A DNA stretch of 64,000 bases. Source: the human T2T-CHM13v2.0 reference genome, Homo sapiens. Each line of letters opens with the position of its first letter. The stretch's first letter is position 1. Made by a program: the position numbers and the translations under genes. The stretch lies in the NCBI RefSeq assembly GCF_009914755.1, contig NC_060930.1, one strand, 5' to 3'. The notes beneath the pieces were generated by a model. It was not told the DNA's origin and did not search any database. It worked only from the letters and a program-made list of their open reading frames with translations. Shown piece after piece: positions 12,951-26,005 of the stretch.

Positions 12951-13409
12951 TATATTAGTTTTCTGTGGCTTCCGTAAAAAATTATCACAAATTTCAAACA
13001 AATTTGTGATAATTGTGGCTTAAAACAAGAGAAATATATTCTATTACAGTTCTAGAGGCCAGAAGTCCAAAAATCAAGGTTTCAGCCGGGCTGTACTCCT
13101 TCCAAAGGCTAGAGGAGATAATCTTTTCTTGCCTTTTCTAGGAAGCTCTGATGGCTCCAAGCATTCCTTGGCTCATGGCTGTATAATTCTTATGTGTGCT
13201 TTTATCTTCACATGGCCTTCACTTCTGTGTTTGTGTCTTCTCTTATAAGGACATTGGATTTAGGGCCCATCCAGATAATCTGGGATGATCTCATCTCAAG
13301 ATCCTTAATTACATCTGCAAAAACTCTTTTTCCAAATAAGGTCACATTCTTAGGTTAGGGGTTAGGACATGGATGTATTTTTTGGCAGGCCACCATTCAA
13401 CCCATTACA
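12951..13409 (-). mobile_element. MaLR solo LTR (MLT1B/C-like)
   Basis: tatattagttt...ggcttaaaacaa...aggccagaagtcc...ccaaataaggtcacattc...ttcaacccattaca; TSD ggtgg/ggtgt. Confidence 0.9.
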
Positions 13410-15599
13410 GGTGTGGTTAGACAGACTAATTTTTTTAAGTTTCCTGCCCTTGTATTACAGCATTTATGACTAACTAAGAAGAGGCACTATGAAAATACAA
13501 TAAACCATGTTAAAAAAAAAAAAAAAACATAGGAGTAGGGTTTTGAATTTTCTTTTTTTTTTTTTTTCTGCTGCATCCAAGTGCCTGGCACATACTAGAT
13601 GCTTAATAAATATTTTTGAATAAAGGAGAGTTCTGGAAGAAAATTAAGAGATTCTAGGAGAGGAAGCATTTGAGCTAGGTATGAATGATGGGTTGCTCAT
13701 TGCTTCTGAACATGGCTACAAGGCAAGATGGGATCTCCATTCTCAATGCATAGACTAAGGAGAATAAACAGCTAGACCTGGGGAGGTGGAGAAATTTACT
13801 TGGCTATACAATTTGTCCCCGAAATATGAAGCCAGAGTCCAAATTATAATGCCCAAAAAAGCATGGCAGAAATCAAGATTGTAATCCACTCCTGTAGATA
13901 GTCTATAGCATCATTATCTCAAGGAAAGATGCCGAGATAAATAGGTGTGATATTTTATATGAATTCATTTAGGCAGATTAAGACCCAATCAGAGGTAGTA
14001 ATAGCCTTCTAGAGTAGGAACTATCAAAAATTAGGAAGCATCATGATCCCAGGCAAGAAGATGGGAGCCCAGGGCTAGGATGCAATCCTAATATGGAATG
14101 ATCAGAGTGCTGTTTTTAAAGTACAGGTAATCGACAATTTTGCATACTGGAGAAATGTAATAGAAGTTAAGAGAAGTCTGTGGGTTAGTGGGCATGCATG
14201 CCCATATGTTATCACACATACACCACTAGGATGGGGAAGGTATTATTTTATGGCTGCCCCACCCAGGATCTTAGCTTAGGAAATGTCAGAGCTGAGCCAT
14301 CAGAAGGTCCTCCATGTCAGAAGGTAGGCTGGATCAGGAAAGGGCTGACATTTTTGGCAGATAAAAATATGGAAGGAAGCACAGTTCAGTCAGAGAGAAT
14401 ACATGATAAAATGCACAGGGAAATGCAAAACTTGTTTCAAAAATGGTAGATAATGCATGGCTTATCTACTATTTGTTTGGGAAATGAAACTGTAAAGTTC
14501 CATAGGGTGCCAGTCCTGGATAGGGAAATGAGGAATGTTTATTTATGTACTTTGTCTCATTTAATTTTATGGCAATATTTCAGGGTTCCCTTGAGAAATT
14601 AAAGGTTAGCTGGGCTAAGTAACTTGCTCAGGTTTAACCAGCAGAATGGATAGGATTCCAATTTAGGGTTGTCTGACTTCAACTGATATGCTCTTTCCAT
14701 GGGATATAAGACCAGCTCTTTACTGCCACTTCAGAAAGTGAAAGAGGCTCCCCAGGAGTGATTAGCACAATACTGAACATGTACGTGTTTTGAAGAAGAG
14801 AAATGGATGCTATAAATAAGTACAGCTGGGAGATGACTGCAATAATCCGGGTGCAAGAAGACAAGTGTTGAACTAGAATGATAATAGTAGGAATAACATC
14901 ATAAGTTTCGTTAGCCAAAGTTAACATTGAATCTGTCCCAGAAGTCCACATGATACATTTAACCAGGTAGAGTTTAACTTAAAAAAATTTACTTTAATTG
15001 TTTCAGGAGGTGAGATAGAAGAATAGAAGGTGCACTTTTTTTTTTTTTTTTTTAAGCCGGAGTCTCAACATGTGAGCCTCATTCTTGTTTTGGAAAAAAA
15101 TTACTGTTTTTTTTTTCTATTGATTAACATAGGGATACTTTAAAATATAAAAGAATTCAGCATTTTAAATTTCAAATGTTATGAGGGCCATTTATTAAAT
15201 AATTTTGCTTCCCAAAGTAGTTTGATGATTTATGAATGACAGAGATGGTAAAGATCTCAGATGAAAAGTGTTATATCAGCTAAAAATATTTACAGTATTT
15301 TAATTTATTACAAATAAAGAACAGTGGAATGTTTTGTAATTCAGAATATAGATTGTCATTTAAAAATTTAAACCTGTTTTTATAACTTCATTTTTCTAAC
15401 ATTGGCTATAGAGAGAGTTGGGTAGAGCTGGCAGCTAATGAGTTACTCATACTTCACTTGACTCCAATTTCTTAACTATAAAATCACAAAACCGTCACAG
15501 AATTGGAAATATGAATATTAACCACCATCTTCCAAACTCCAGGAGGAACTGTCACTAGTGAAGCCTAAATATAGACCTGCCCCAAAAGTACGAAACCCA

Positions 15600-15850
15600 G
15601 AGTAGGGAAAACAATGCTGGTTGGAAATATGGGTTTTGGAACTGCACTGTCCTGAGTTTGAATTCTCAGCTTTCTCTGAATAATCTATGCCCTCATCTGT
15701 AAATGGAAGACAATTATTTCTCTTTCAGGGGTTTCTGTAAGCATTAAATGTCATAATATGTAAAGTGCTTAGCAAATGTAAAATGTAAGTGCTTAGAAAA
15801 GTTCTGGGCTCATTCGAAGAGATTAATAAAGGGAGCTGTCATGATTAAAG
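15600..15850 (+). mobile_element. MIR
   Basis: cctgagtttgaattctcagct...cctcatctgtaaatgg...atgtaaagtgcttagca. Confidence 0.8.
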
Positions 15851-16765
15851 AGATTGTTCTCCCTCTTCCATCATGTTGCTGACCTTGGAGATGCAGGGTA
15901 TTTGTAGAAGCTGGTCATCACATTCTTACTGGGATTTTTTTTCTAAAGCAATCAATGCAGCATCCTTCATCCCATGCATCAGTAACTCTTTTTTCATTTG
16001 TTCATGGACTATAACACCAAGTAATGTAGTACAGCTGGAAGTAAATGTTAGGTGCATTGATTGCACCTTGAGATGTGCTGGCCATGGGAGGAAGGAGCAG
16101 GAGACAGGAAGAGCTGTGAGAATGAATGGTAGATTCTGTAGGCTTTTCGCACATACAATTTGACAAGGGGAAATGACAAATAGATTCAAATTATCAAGAG
16201 TAATTTCCCTCTACATATCACACAATCAGGCAGCAGAAGCAGGAACAGATTCTTTTCCAGACCAGCAGATTCACAATAGGTAAATGCCTAATGGGCATGC
16301 AGATCATATGCACTGCATGAGTTAAGGAGGTGTCTCTGAGCCCCAGGTGAATAGTGAGGGGGGTGTCAAGGGAATTCTGCACTGGAGTTGGAATATAAAT
16401 GGCAGGTCTGTTTGGCGTCTTCTCATTCCAAGATAAGAAAACAGAGAAAGAGCAAGCTGAGGTTAATAAAAGAATCTTAGAAATATGAAATGTTGCCAAC
16501 TTAAACACAAGCAAAAGATCTGGATATATCTCTTCTCACCAAAGAAGATACACGGATAGAAAATAAGCATATAAAAAAATGGTCAACATCATATATCATT
16601 AGGGAAATGCACTGTGTAGCACTTATAGTAGCTAAAATCCAGAGAAACAAAACAAAACTGACAATATGTCAATTGCTGCTAAGGATTGGATAACAGGAAC
16701 ACTCATTCATTGTTGATGGGAATTCAAAATGTAATAGCTACTTGGAAGACAGTTTGGCAGTTTCT

Positions 16766-17050
<285 letters not shown>

Positions 17051-17736
17051 TTACAAAGCTAAACCCAGTCTTCCCATACAATCTAGCAATATACTCCTAG
17101 GTATCCTGGGTAATCACACATCCAACTGATTTGCAAACTTGTATGCACACAAGAACCTGCATGTGAAAGTTTATAGCAGCTTTATTTAAATTGCCAAAAA
17201 TTGGAAGCAACAGAGCTGTCCTTTAACAAATGAATGGACAAGTAAATTGTAGTACAATTATTTCATGATAAAATATTCAATGATAAAAAAATAAGAGCTA
17301 TCAAACCACATGTCTTAAGTGTGTATTGCTAAATAAAAGAAGTCATTCTGAAAAGGCCATTTGTATAACATTAAACTACAGAAAAGGTGAACAAATCCGT
17401 GGCATATGCAGAATAATTTCAAATCTATGTGAATACTCTACCTTCCAGGAGGAGCAGCGTTAACTCTCTACTCTTTAAATGTGGGCTGTGCATTGTAGCA
17501 TTCTTCTGAAGAGTACAGTATGGAAATGAGGGAAAAAAATAACTTTACATTGAAAAAAAATCTGACAAACATCTTTGTCAAGTGATCAAAGTTAATATCA
17601 ATGGTGATAAGCCATGTTGATAGTATGCAGGCTTGATATGATCAGGATGGCACTTTACCTGTGTGGCCTTCCTCCCCAAAACCCATAACCCCAGTCAAAT
17701 CATGAGAAAAATATCAGACAAATCCTAAATGAGGGG

Positions 17737-18111
17737 TGTATTAGTGTGTTCTCACACTGCTATGAAGAAATACCCAAGACTGGGTAATTTATAAAGAAAA
17801 GAGTTTTAATTGACTTACAGTTCCACATGGCTGGGGAGGCCTCAGGAAACTTACAATCATGGTGGAAGGGGAAGCAAACATGTCCTTCTTCACATGGTGG
17901 CAGGAGAGAGAAGTGCTGAGCAAAAGGGAAAAAGCCCCCTATAAAACCATCAGATCTCATAAGAACTCACTCTCTATCACTGAGAACAGCATGAGGGTAA
18001 CTGCCTCCATGACTCAGTTACCTCCCACTGGCTCCCTCCCATGACACCTGGGGATTATGGGAACTACAGTTCAAAGTAAGATTTGGGTGGGGACACAGCC
18101 AAATCATATCA
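17737..18111 (-). mobile_element. THE1 solo LTR (THE1C-like)
   Basis: tgtattagt...ggctggggaggcctcaggaaacttacaatc...ggggacacagccaaatcatatca; TSD agggg/aggga. Confidence 0.93.
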
Positions 18112-18220
18112 AGGGACATGCCACAAAATATATGACCAGTACTCTTCAAATCTGTCAAGGTCATCAAAAACAAGGAAAGTCTGAGAAACTGCCAACAGGA
18201 ATCTAAGGAGACACAATGAC

Positions 18221-18570
18221 TGGTATGGTCTGAATGTGTGCCCCAAATTCATATTGAAATCCTTACCCCATGTGATAGTATTAGGAGGTGGAGCCTTTGG
18301 GAGGTGATTAGGTCATGAAGGTACTGCCCTCATGAATGGGATTAGTGCCCTTGTATTAGATAAAAGAGTCCCCAGAGATACCTCATCCCTTCTACCATGT
18401 GAGGATATTATGAGAAAGCACTATCTATGAGGAAGCAATTCACCAGACACCAAATCTCACTCCTTGATTTGGACTTTCCAGCCTCCAGACTGCAGGAAGT
18501 AAATGTCTGTTATTTATAAGCCACCCAGTTAATTGTATTTTGCTATAGCAGCCCAAGCAGACTAAAGACA
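18221..18570 (+). mobile_element. MLT1A-like solo LTR
   Basis: tggtatggtctgaatgt...gactttccagcctccaga...tatagcagcccaagcagactaaagaca; TSD atgac. Confidence 0.92.
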
Positions 18571-20239
18571 ATGACTGAATGTAATGTGGAATCCTGGATG
18601 AGTCCATGCTTTGAGTTAGGAATTTAGCCCCACCTACATTTCTAAACTTTGGGGTTCAACAGAGTTGAGGGAATCTTCTTTGGTTCACAAAACACTCTAA
18701 TCCTTGGGCTATATAGGCTACCAGCTCTGTTGCTTGAGATCTGGAGACAAAGTTCATCTGTTGGCATTCCCCTCCCCACCACTGCACCTATCTGCTAACC
18801 CTGGTCAAGTATTTAATGCACCTAGTAGATTTTATTTTATTTTTCAACTCAGAGTTTAGTGTGTTTCCTAATTTCACAAAGACAGAGTTTACTATTTCTC
18901 ATTCTTCTCTTTTTAAAAGTTGATTTTTGCATGGAAAGAGGGAAAGAAATATCCTCATCATGCTTACCCTGAAAACCCAAATCATTTTAATTTTAAAGAC
19001 AAGTAAGAATTAAAAAGGCAAGTTAACTGCAACACTCAACATTTCCCCCCACTCCTTTCTACTATCTTATATTAGTTTTAAATTTTAAGAAAGTAGATTG
19101 CAATGGCGTTTTGTGGCACCTTTTAAAACTTTATAGCAGCCAGAACAGTAATGTCATATATATATATTTTAGTATAACAGCAATAGTATAATTGCTGAAA
19201 CAAAAAATAAAATCTATTTATGTTCCCTGTAAGATTTTGCCAAGCTTCTAGTTAGTAGCAAGGCATTCTAACACAGACTGACACGTGATTTCAAGATTCT
19301 GCCTAAACCTTGCAAGAAAATTCCTCATATTTAAGAGTTTGCATTGCCCCAAATAGAACTTTTCCATTAAGTTATTTATTCCTACTATATGTGAGGTATT
19401 GAGCCTCAGTACCAGTTGAATTTAACTTTTCTAAGTTTGTGGAAAATAGTACATAAGATTTGATATTGCCATCAAATTTTTCCCCAAAATTATTTTTGTT
19501 ATATTAATTTATTTTCTTTCCCGTATACCCACTTGGTATACGTTAAACAGGAGGGCTCAAGAAATAACAATGTGCTATGAATACACTGCAACAAGTTAGC
19601 AATTTACATTTACAGGATTTATCTGCTAAAGATGCTGTAGAAAATAAAAACAGCAATGAAGATCCCTTTTAAAAGAAAGGTATAGAGGCATGAGGCTCAA
19701 ATAACCCTCTTTAAGATTTCACTGAAAAGAAAATATGTGAGATTTTTCTATAACTTTCTACCTATTCCCAAACCTTCTATCTCCTTAAATAAGTAAAGAT
19801 AGTTCTCCGTTAGCCTTCTTTGCAATATTTGGGCTGCTTACACTGCTGTCGGAGCAGCATCAGGTGCACATACCTCCAGGGGTTAGGGAATATGTGTTCT
19901 TTGTAGATTGCGTAAAGTTGGGTGCTGTCCTTTGGAGAGTATGCAGACTGCCACCTAGGCTTCTGCCTTCTGCCCTCAGGCATCTGTGCTTGTTCCCAGG
20001 GACATTTCAGCCCAGCAGAGCAGCCTTTACTAATAGTCTTTGGGACATTTCATTAGGCTAATGGTCTAATGGGACATTTTAGCCTGGCAGGGCAGCCTTT
20101 ACATCTTGGTCTTTGTTTTCTACTTCCTCCTTATTCATTGAAACTGTATTTATTTTAAATGTGTTCTAACTTCACAGGGGCTACTATTTTAGCAGAGTTT
20201 AATCTTTTAAGATTGTCATTTCATCTATACTAAGCTGTA

Positions 20240-20881
<642 letters not shown>

Positions 20882-20911
20882 TAATCATTATATGTTTTTC
20901 TTCTCTATTGT

Positions 20912-21267
20912 TGCTATGATCTAAATATGGCTCCCAAAATTCATGTGCTGTAAATTCAATCCCCAGTGCAACAGTGTTGGGGGATGGGGCCTAATGGGAG
21001 GTGTTTAGCTCACAAATGGATTGATACCACTGTAAAAAGGGCTTGCAAGAGTAGGTTTGCTCTTTTCTGCTTTTCCTACAAGTGAGGACACAGACTTGGT
21101 CTCTCTCTTGCCGTTCCACCTTGTGAGCATGCAGTAAGAAGGCGCACACCAGGTGCATTCATCTTGGGCTTCCCAGCCTCCAGAACTGTGAAAAATAAAC
21201 TTCTTTTTTTGTATGAATTACCCAATCTGTGATATTCTGTTATAGCAGCGTAAAACAGACTAAGACA
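20912..21267 (+). mobile_element. MST-type MaLR solo LTR (MSTC/D-like)
   Basis: tgctatg...cccagcctccagaactgtga...aataaa...acagactaagaca; TSD attgt. Confidence 0.9.
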
Positions 21268-21671
21268 ATTGTCATATTTTATCTTCTTTTAGTTTTTAAG
21301 CTTCCTGATTTGAGTTTTTAAGCTTCCAGATTTTACCATTTCTCTCTTAAATGGTTGTATTTTTTTCTTAATATTTTTATACTACTGTAATCTTTTACTT
21401 TGTCCTTCAAAGATTAGGTATTTTTGTCTCTTTCATTTATTTCTCAAATTTTATCATTGTAATTATCTTCACTTCTTTCACAGTTGCATTTGTTTTATTC
21501 CTGAGCCTTTTTCCTTTTTCTCCTTTTACATATTACCTCTCTCTTTGTTGAGCCCTTTTAATTTTATGTGGTTCTGGGGTTTTGTTTGATAAAACTTGCT
21601 TTTGCTTTATCTATATTTTGTTTACTCATTTATGTCTCAACTTTAAAATATCTCTTACTTTTGCTTCTTTT

Positions 21672-21989
21672 TTTTTTATTTTTTATTTTATTTATTTATT
21701 TATTTTTAGACGGAGTCTCACTCTGTCGCCCAGGCTGGAGTGTAGTGGCTCGATCTCGGCTCACTTCAAGCTCCGCCTCCCCTGTTCACGCCATTCTCTT
21801 GCCTCAGCCTCCCGAGTAGCTGGGACTACAGGCGCCCACCACCAGGCCTGGCTAATTTTTTTATATTTTTTAGTAGAGACGGGGTTTCACCATGTTAGCC
21901 AGGATGGTCTCCATCTCCTGACCTCGTGATCCGCCCTCCTCAGCCTCCCAAAGTGCTGGGATTACAGGCGTGAGCCACCGTGCCTGGCC
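21672..21989 (-). mobile_element. AluY
   Basis: caagctccgcctcc, cacgccattct, gttagccaggatggtctc; TSD acttttgcttctttt. Confidence 0.96.
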
Positions 21990-22279
21990 ACTTTTGCTTC
22001 TTTTATTCTTTCTGTTGTTTGCACTCTAGTCTCTTAATTGCTGCTCTTCTTAAACTTTTACCTCTGTGAGTTTATCTATTTCTAATTTCTTCAGCATCTT
22101 GACATTGTTTCTTTGACTTCTTTCATTGTTTATTTCATACAGGCACAGGAGTATAGAAAAAAGGACTGTATGGAGCAGGTGCCTCAATAGCAGGAATGAT
22201 TAGTACCTGTTTGCTTCTAGTTCCCCCGCCTCCCCGGCTGTCCCTCTGGCTCCCATTAATGAAGCTCATGTTTCCTTCA

Positions 22280-23200
22280 ATGTTATTCAATATATTTCTG
22301 TATATATTTATATAATATTTATATATAACATATATAATATTTTTATATGTAATATTATACATAGATATATATTATAAATATCTATAATTGATGTATATAA
22401 ATAATTTTATGTCCAGGCATGGTGGCTCATGCCTGTAATCCCAGCACTTTGGGAGGCCAAGGACGGCAGATCACTTGAGGCCAGGAGTTCGTGACCAACC
22501 TGGCCAACATGGCAAAACCCTGTCTTTACTAAAAATACAAAAATTAGCTGGGTGTGGTGCTATGTACCTGTAATCCCAGCTACTCAGGAGGCTGAGACAC
22601 AAGAATTGCTTGAGCCTGGGAAGTAGAGGCTGCAGTGAGCCAAGATTGCACCACTGCACTCCAGCTGGGGCAACAGAGTGAGACTCTGTCTCAAAAATAA
22701 ATGAATAAATTTTTATATTTACATATAAATAATTTACATATATAATTTATATATAATATATAAAAATGTATGGATAAATATCTTTTAAATAATTTATATG
22801 CAAAATATATTTATACAATATATAAATAAATATTTTATAGAATTTATAATAATTTATGATATATAAATATAAAGATATATTTATCTATACTTAGAGATAA
22901 ATATATGTAGATATTTATATATTTATATATTTATACACACATCTATATTTACATATAATATATACATATATAACTCTATGTCTCTCTATATAAAAACATG
23001 TATGAATATATATATATCTATATACACTATTTATATATGTATAGTCTGTGTGCACTATATATTTTAGTGTATATACAGTATATATTCTATACACACTATA
23101 TACACTTTATATGTATTATATACATAAATATATATTATATTTATATGATACATATTTATAATTTATATATCTATTTATGTATCTACACACACACACAAAC
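22280..23200. repeat. Degenerate (TA)n-rich low-complexity tract, split by an Alu
   Basis: About 600 bp of tatatatttatataa-type sequence flanking the Alu. Confidence 0.9.
22411..22710 (+). mobile_element. AluS (Sx/Sz-like)
   Basis: gtccaggcatggtggctcatgcctgtaatcccagcac...gagactctgtctcaaaaataaa. Confidence 0.95.
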
Positions 23201-23289
23201 TGAGTAACTTGGGATACCCACAGGCTAAAAATCTTCCCTAGGACCATAACAGACTTTATTAAAATGGTACATTTATATTGCTGGAATAA

Positions 23290-23690
23290 TGCTGTATTCA
23301 TTTATTTAAAAGATTACTTATTTTCTGATTAGAAAGGTAATAGATACTCAGGAGAAAATCTGGAAAATTCAAGAAAGTATTACAAAATAAAAACCAAAAA
23401 TTACCTACAATCCCAGTAACCTGAGATCACCAACTTTATTTTCCAGTATGTTTCTTTCCTCTCAGACTTTTTCGATGAATATATCTGTATATTTTTTCTT
23501 TAGAATTAGGATTATACTATATGTAGTAATACAGTCAGCATTTTTCTACTTATCAACATATAGTGATTATTTTTCTTTGCCTTAAAAATCTTTAAAAAAA
23601 TCAGTTGTAATGGTTCCCTATATGCCACTCACTAGATATGTCATGTTTAAGCATGCCTCTGTGTTTTTTGTTGTTGTTATTTCTGCTCAT
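23290..23690 (-). mobile_element. Old L1ME-like 3' end
   Basis: aaaggtaatagatactca...aattacctacaatcccagtaacctgagatcacca...ggattatactatatgta. Confidence 0.55.
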
Positions 23691-23837
23691 GCTTAATCTT
23701 CTCTCTCTATTGGAAGTTAGATGGTCTTAGCTCATAGTCTATGCCACATGTACATTAGGAGGGGACATACTAGATAAAGCTCACGCACAGCTTATCTTTA
23801 ATAAGTTAGGACCTAGATGATGATGGATCTCTGGGCT

Positions 23838-24199
23838 AAGAATCACAAACTCAAATGGCCATCAGGGCCTAGCAGGCAATGTAAACACAGGGCCTGGTCC
23901 ACGCATGGTGGCAACAATAGGGAGCGATGAGGACTGTGGTGAACCAGAAAGCATGGGCCATCATAAAGACAGCAGCCTCACCCAGCTCAAAACGACTGTT
24001 TCTATGCCTGAAGTCAGGTCCTGGTCTTCTCATTTTTTTCAAGAGAAGCCAAAATTCAAATTTTTGATGTATCAACTGATTTTTAAAAATTGACAACTAG
24101 TGGAATATTTTAGGAAACACTATTTGAGCCAATTCTATGCAAGACAAATGAAACTGACAGTTAGACTCAGTCCGTGGGCCACAAGTCTGAGGCCTCTAC
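23838..24199. mobile_element. hAT-Charlie element (MER102-like)
   Basis: aatcacaaactcaaatggcc...gactgtggtgaaccagaaagcatg...ttttcaagagaagccaaaattc...ccgtgggccacaagt. Confidence 0.75.
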
Positions 24200-24889
24200 A
24201 TTAGCTGGGTTCTTATGGAAAGAGCCAAGTTAAGAATTAGAAAACTGGATCCTCTTTGAATCATAAAATTTGATTGAAGTTTGTTGTACTATTATAATTT
24301 TAGTTTCATCTATCAACCAGACATAGACAAAGGGTAGGTTCTATCCTTTTGAAGCAGGCTCAGGAACACATCCATAATAAGATATCCAGGTGAGAGGCCC
24401 AGAAGCACTCAAGACTGTGACCCCCTCCTGCCTTGAGAAAAAAGTATATGCAAAGGGCAGTGTTGGGAGGGGAAGGGGGCGTCTCTGTTCCCTCAGCTCT
24501 ACTGTTAGCGCAAACTGCTACACTGACACAGGTGAGGAACCTGAGAATGATGGCTTTCAGAGATGTCTAAATCTGCATAAAAATATGACTGTGCAGCACC
24601 TTGAAAGAAAGATTGGGGATATGGAGAGTTTCAGAGGTATAGGATACAAGAGAGATGCTGTGAGCTAAAGTTCACCTTCCGACATACTTCCTCCTGCCCT
24701 GGTCTACAGGGCTTCAAGATTATGTCAAAACTCAGCATTTCAGACTGGTAAAGGATCGTTCAGGGCCTGAATAAGACAAGATCATGGAGAAATAATAATG
24801 GTTATAGAGCTGGTTTCTTCAAGGACAGCTGAAATTCAGCCCCAAGAGCATGCTAATTTTGAGACTTAGTTGGGGTAGGAAGTCAGCAT

Positions 24890-25350
24890 TTATTCTTTCA
24901 ACAAGTTTTCATTAAGTGCTTATTACATGATAGGCTCTTTACTATTCATGGAAATTCAACTGTGAACATGATAGACATGATTTCTTATAATCTGGGGGAA
25001 GAGATGGGGGTAACAGATAACTAAACAGGCAATTATAATCTGGTATTAATATAATAATGCTACAACAGGGGAGGTATAAGGTGTGATAGAAAACTACCTA
25101 ACCCAAACTGGGTGTCTTAGAAGGATAAGCTGAATGAACTATAGAATTTGTTAGGGTTGTCTGTGCTTGGAGGAGAAGGAGCTGAAGTAGAAAAACTGTT
25201 CCACACAAAGGGAAATGTGCATGAAAATATTCAGATATCAGAGAGAGCCTGATGCCTTAGAAGAACTGACAGAAGCTTATGGCTAGATAATTGAGTAGCA
25301 GGGGTGAAGCAATGAGAGATGAGAAATCCAAGGAGATCCAGTACCTAGCT
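24890..25350 (-). mobile_element. L2 fragment
   Basis: atttattctttcaacaag...ttaagtgcttattacatgatagg...ccacacaaagggaaa. Confidence 0.7.
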
Positions 25351-25630
25351 AAGGCATTTGAAGAGGAATCCCAATAGTGGTTATGAATTTAAGTAATTGG
25401 TCAATAGCAACTATTCTTTGGCTAGTGGATTGAATTGGTGCAGGGAGCAGGACTCTATTCTCAGAGAAAAGGGAGGGTTAGAGCCTGGCAAGGTACAAGG
25501 GGCTACCCAAATGGACTAGAGTTGAAGATGGTGAAGAGTTGGGTGCTATTCAAAGATTGAGGCAAAAGCTTTGTTGTACAAATTGGTCTAAGTCTACAGT
25601 AATATGACTAATTCCCACTGGGTGTGGACA

Positions 25631-26005
25631 TCTATTATTCCGTTTTCATACTGCCATAAATAACTGCCTGCGACTGGGTAATTTTTAAAGGAAAGAGGTT
25701 TAATTGACTCACAGTTCAGCATAGCTGGGGAGGCCTCAGGAGACTTACAATTATGGAAGAAGGTGAAGGGGAAGCAAGGCGCCTTCTTCACAAGGTAGCA
25801 GAAAGGAAAAGTGCCAAGTGAAGGGAGAAGAGCCCCTTATAAAACCATCAGATCTCATGAGAACTCACTATCATGAGAACAGCATGGGGGAAACTGCCCC
25901 CATGATTCAATTACCTCCACCTGGTCTCTCCCTTGACATGTAGGGATTATGGGGATTACAACTTAAGATGAGATTTGGGTTGGGACACAAAGCCTAATCA
26001 TATCA
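25631..26005 (-). mobile_element. THE1 solo LTR (THE1D-like)
   Basis: gactgggtaattt...ccccttataaaaccatcagatctcatgagaactcac...gggacacaaagcctaatcatatca; TSD ggaca/gtaca. Confidence 0.92.

Noticed and set aside
13512-13567. A16 ... T15 inverted homopolymers
   Set aside because: Low-complexity runs; no TSD or element body, and not a meaningful terminator in this context.
15035-15075. T-run followed by ~20 nt resembling an Alu/7SL 3' end
   Set aside because: Too short to assign and no TSD found.
21291-21334. Short tandem duplication (similar ones at ~15760-15800, 33888-33907, 37368-37415, 63603-63633)
   Set aside because: Ordinary slippage duplications within decayed sequence; no spacer structure, so not CRISPR-like.
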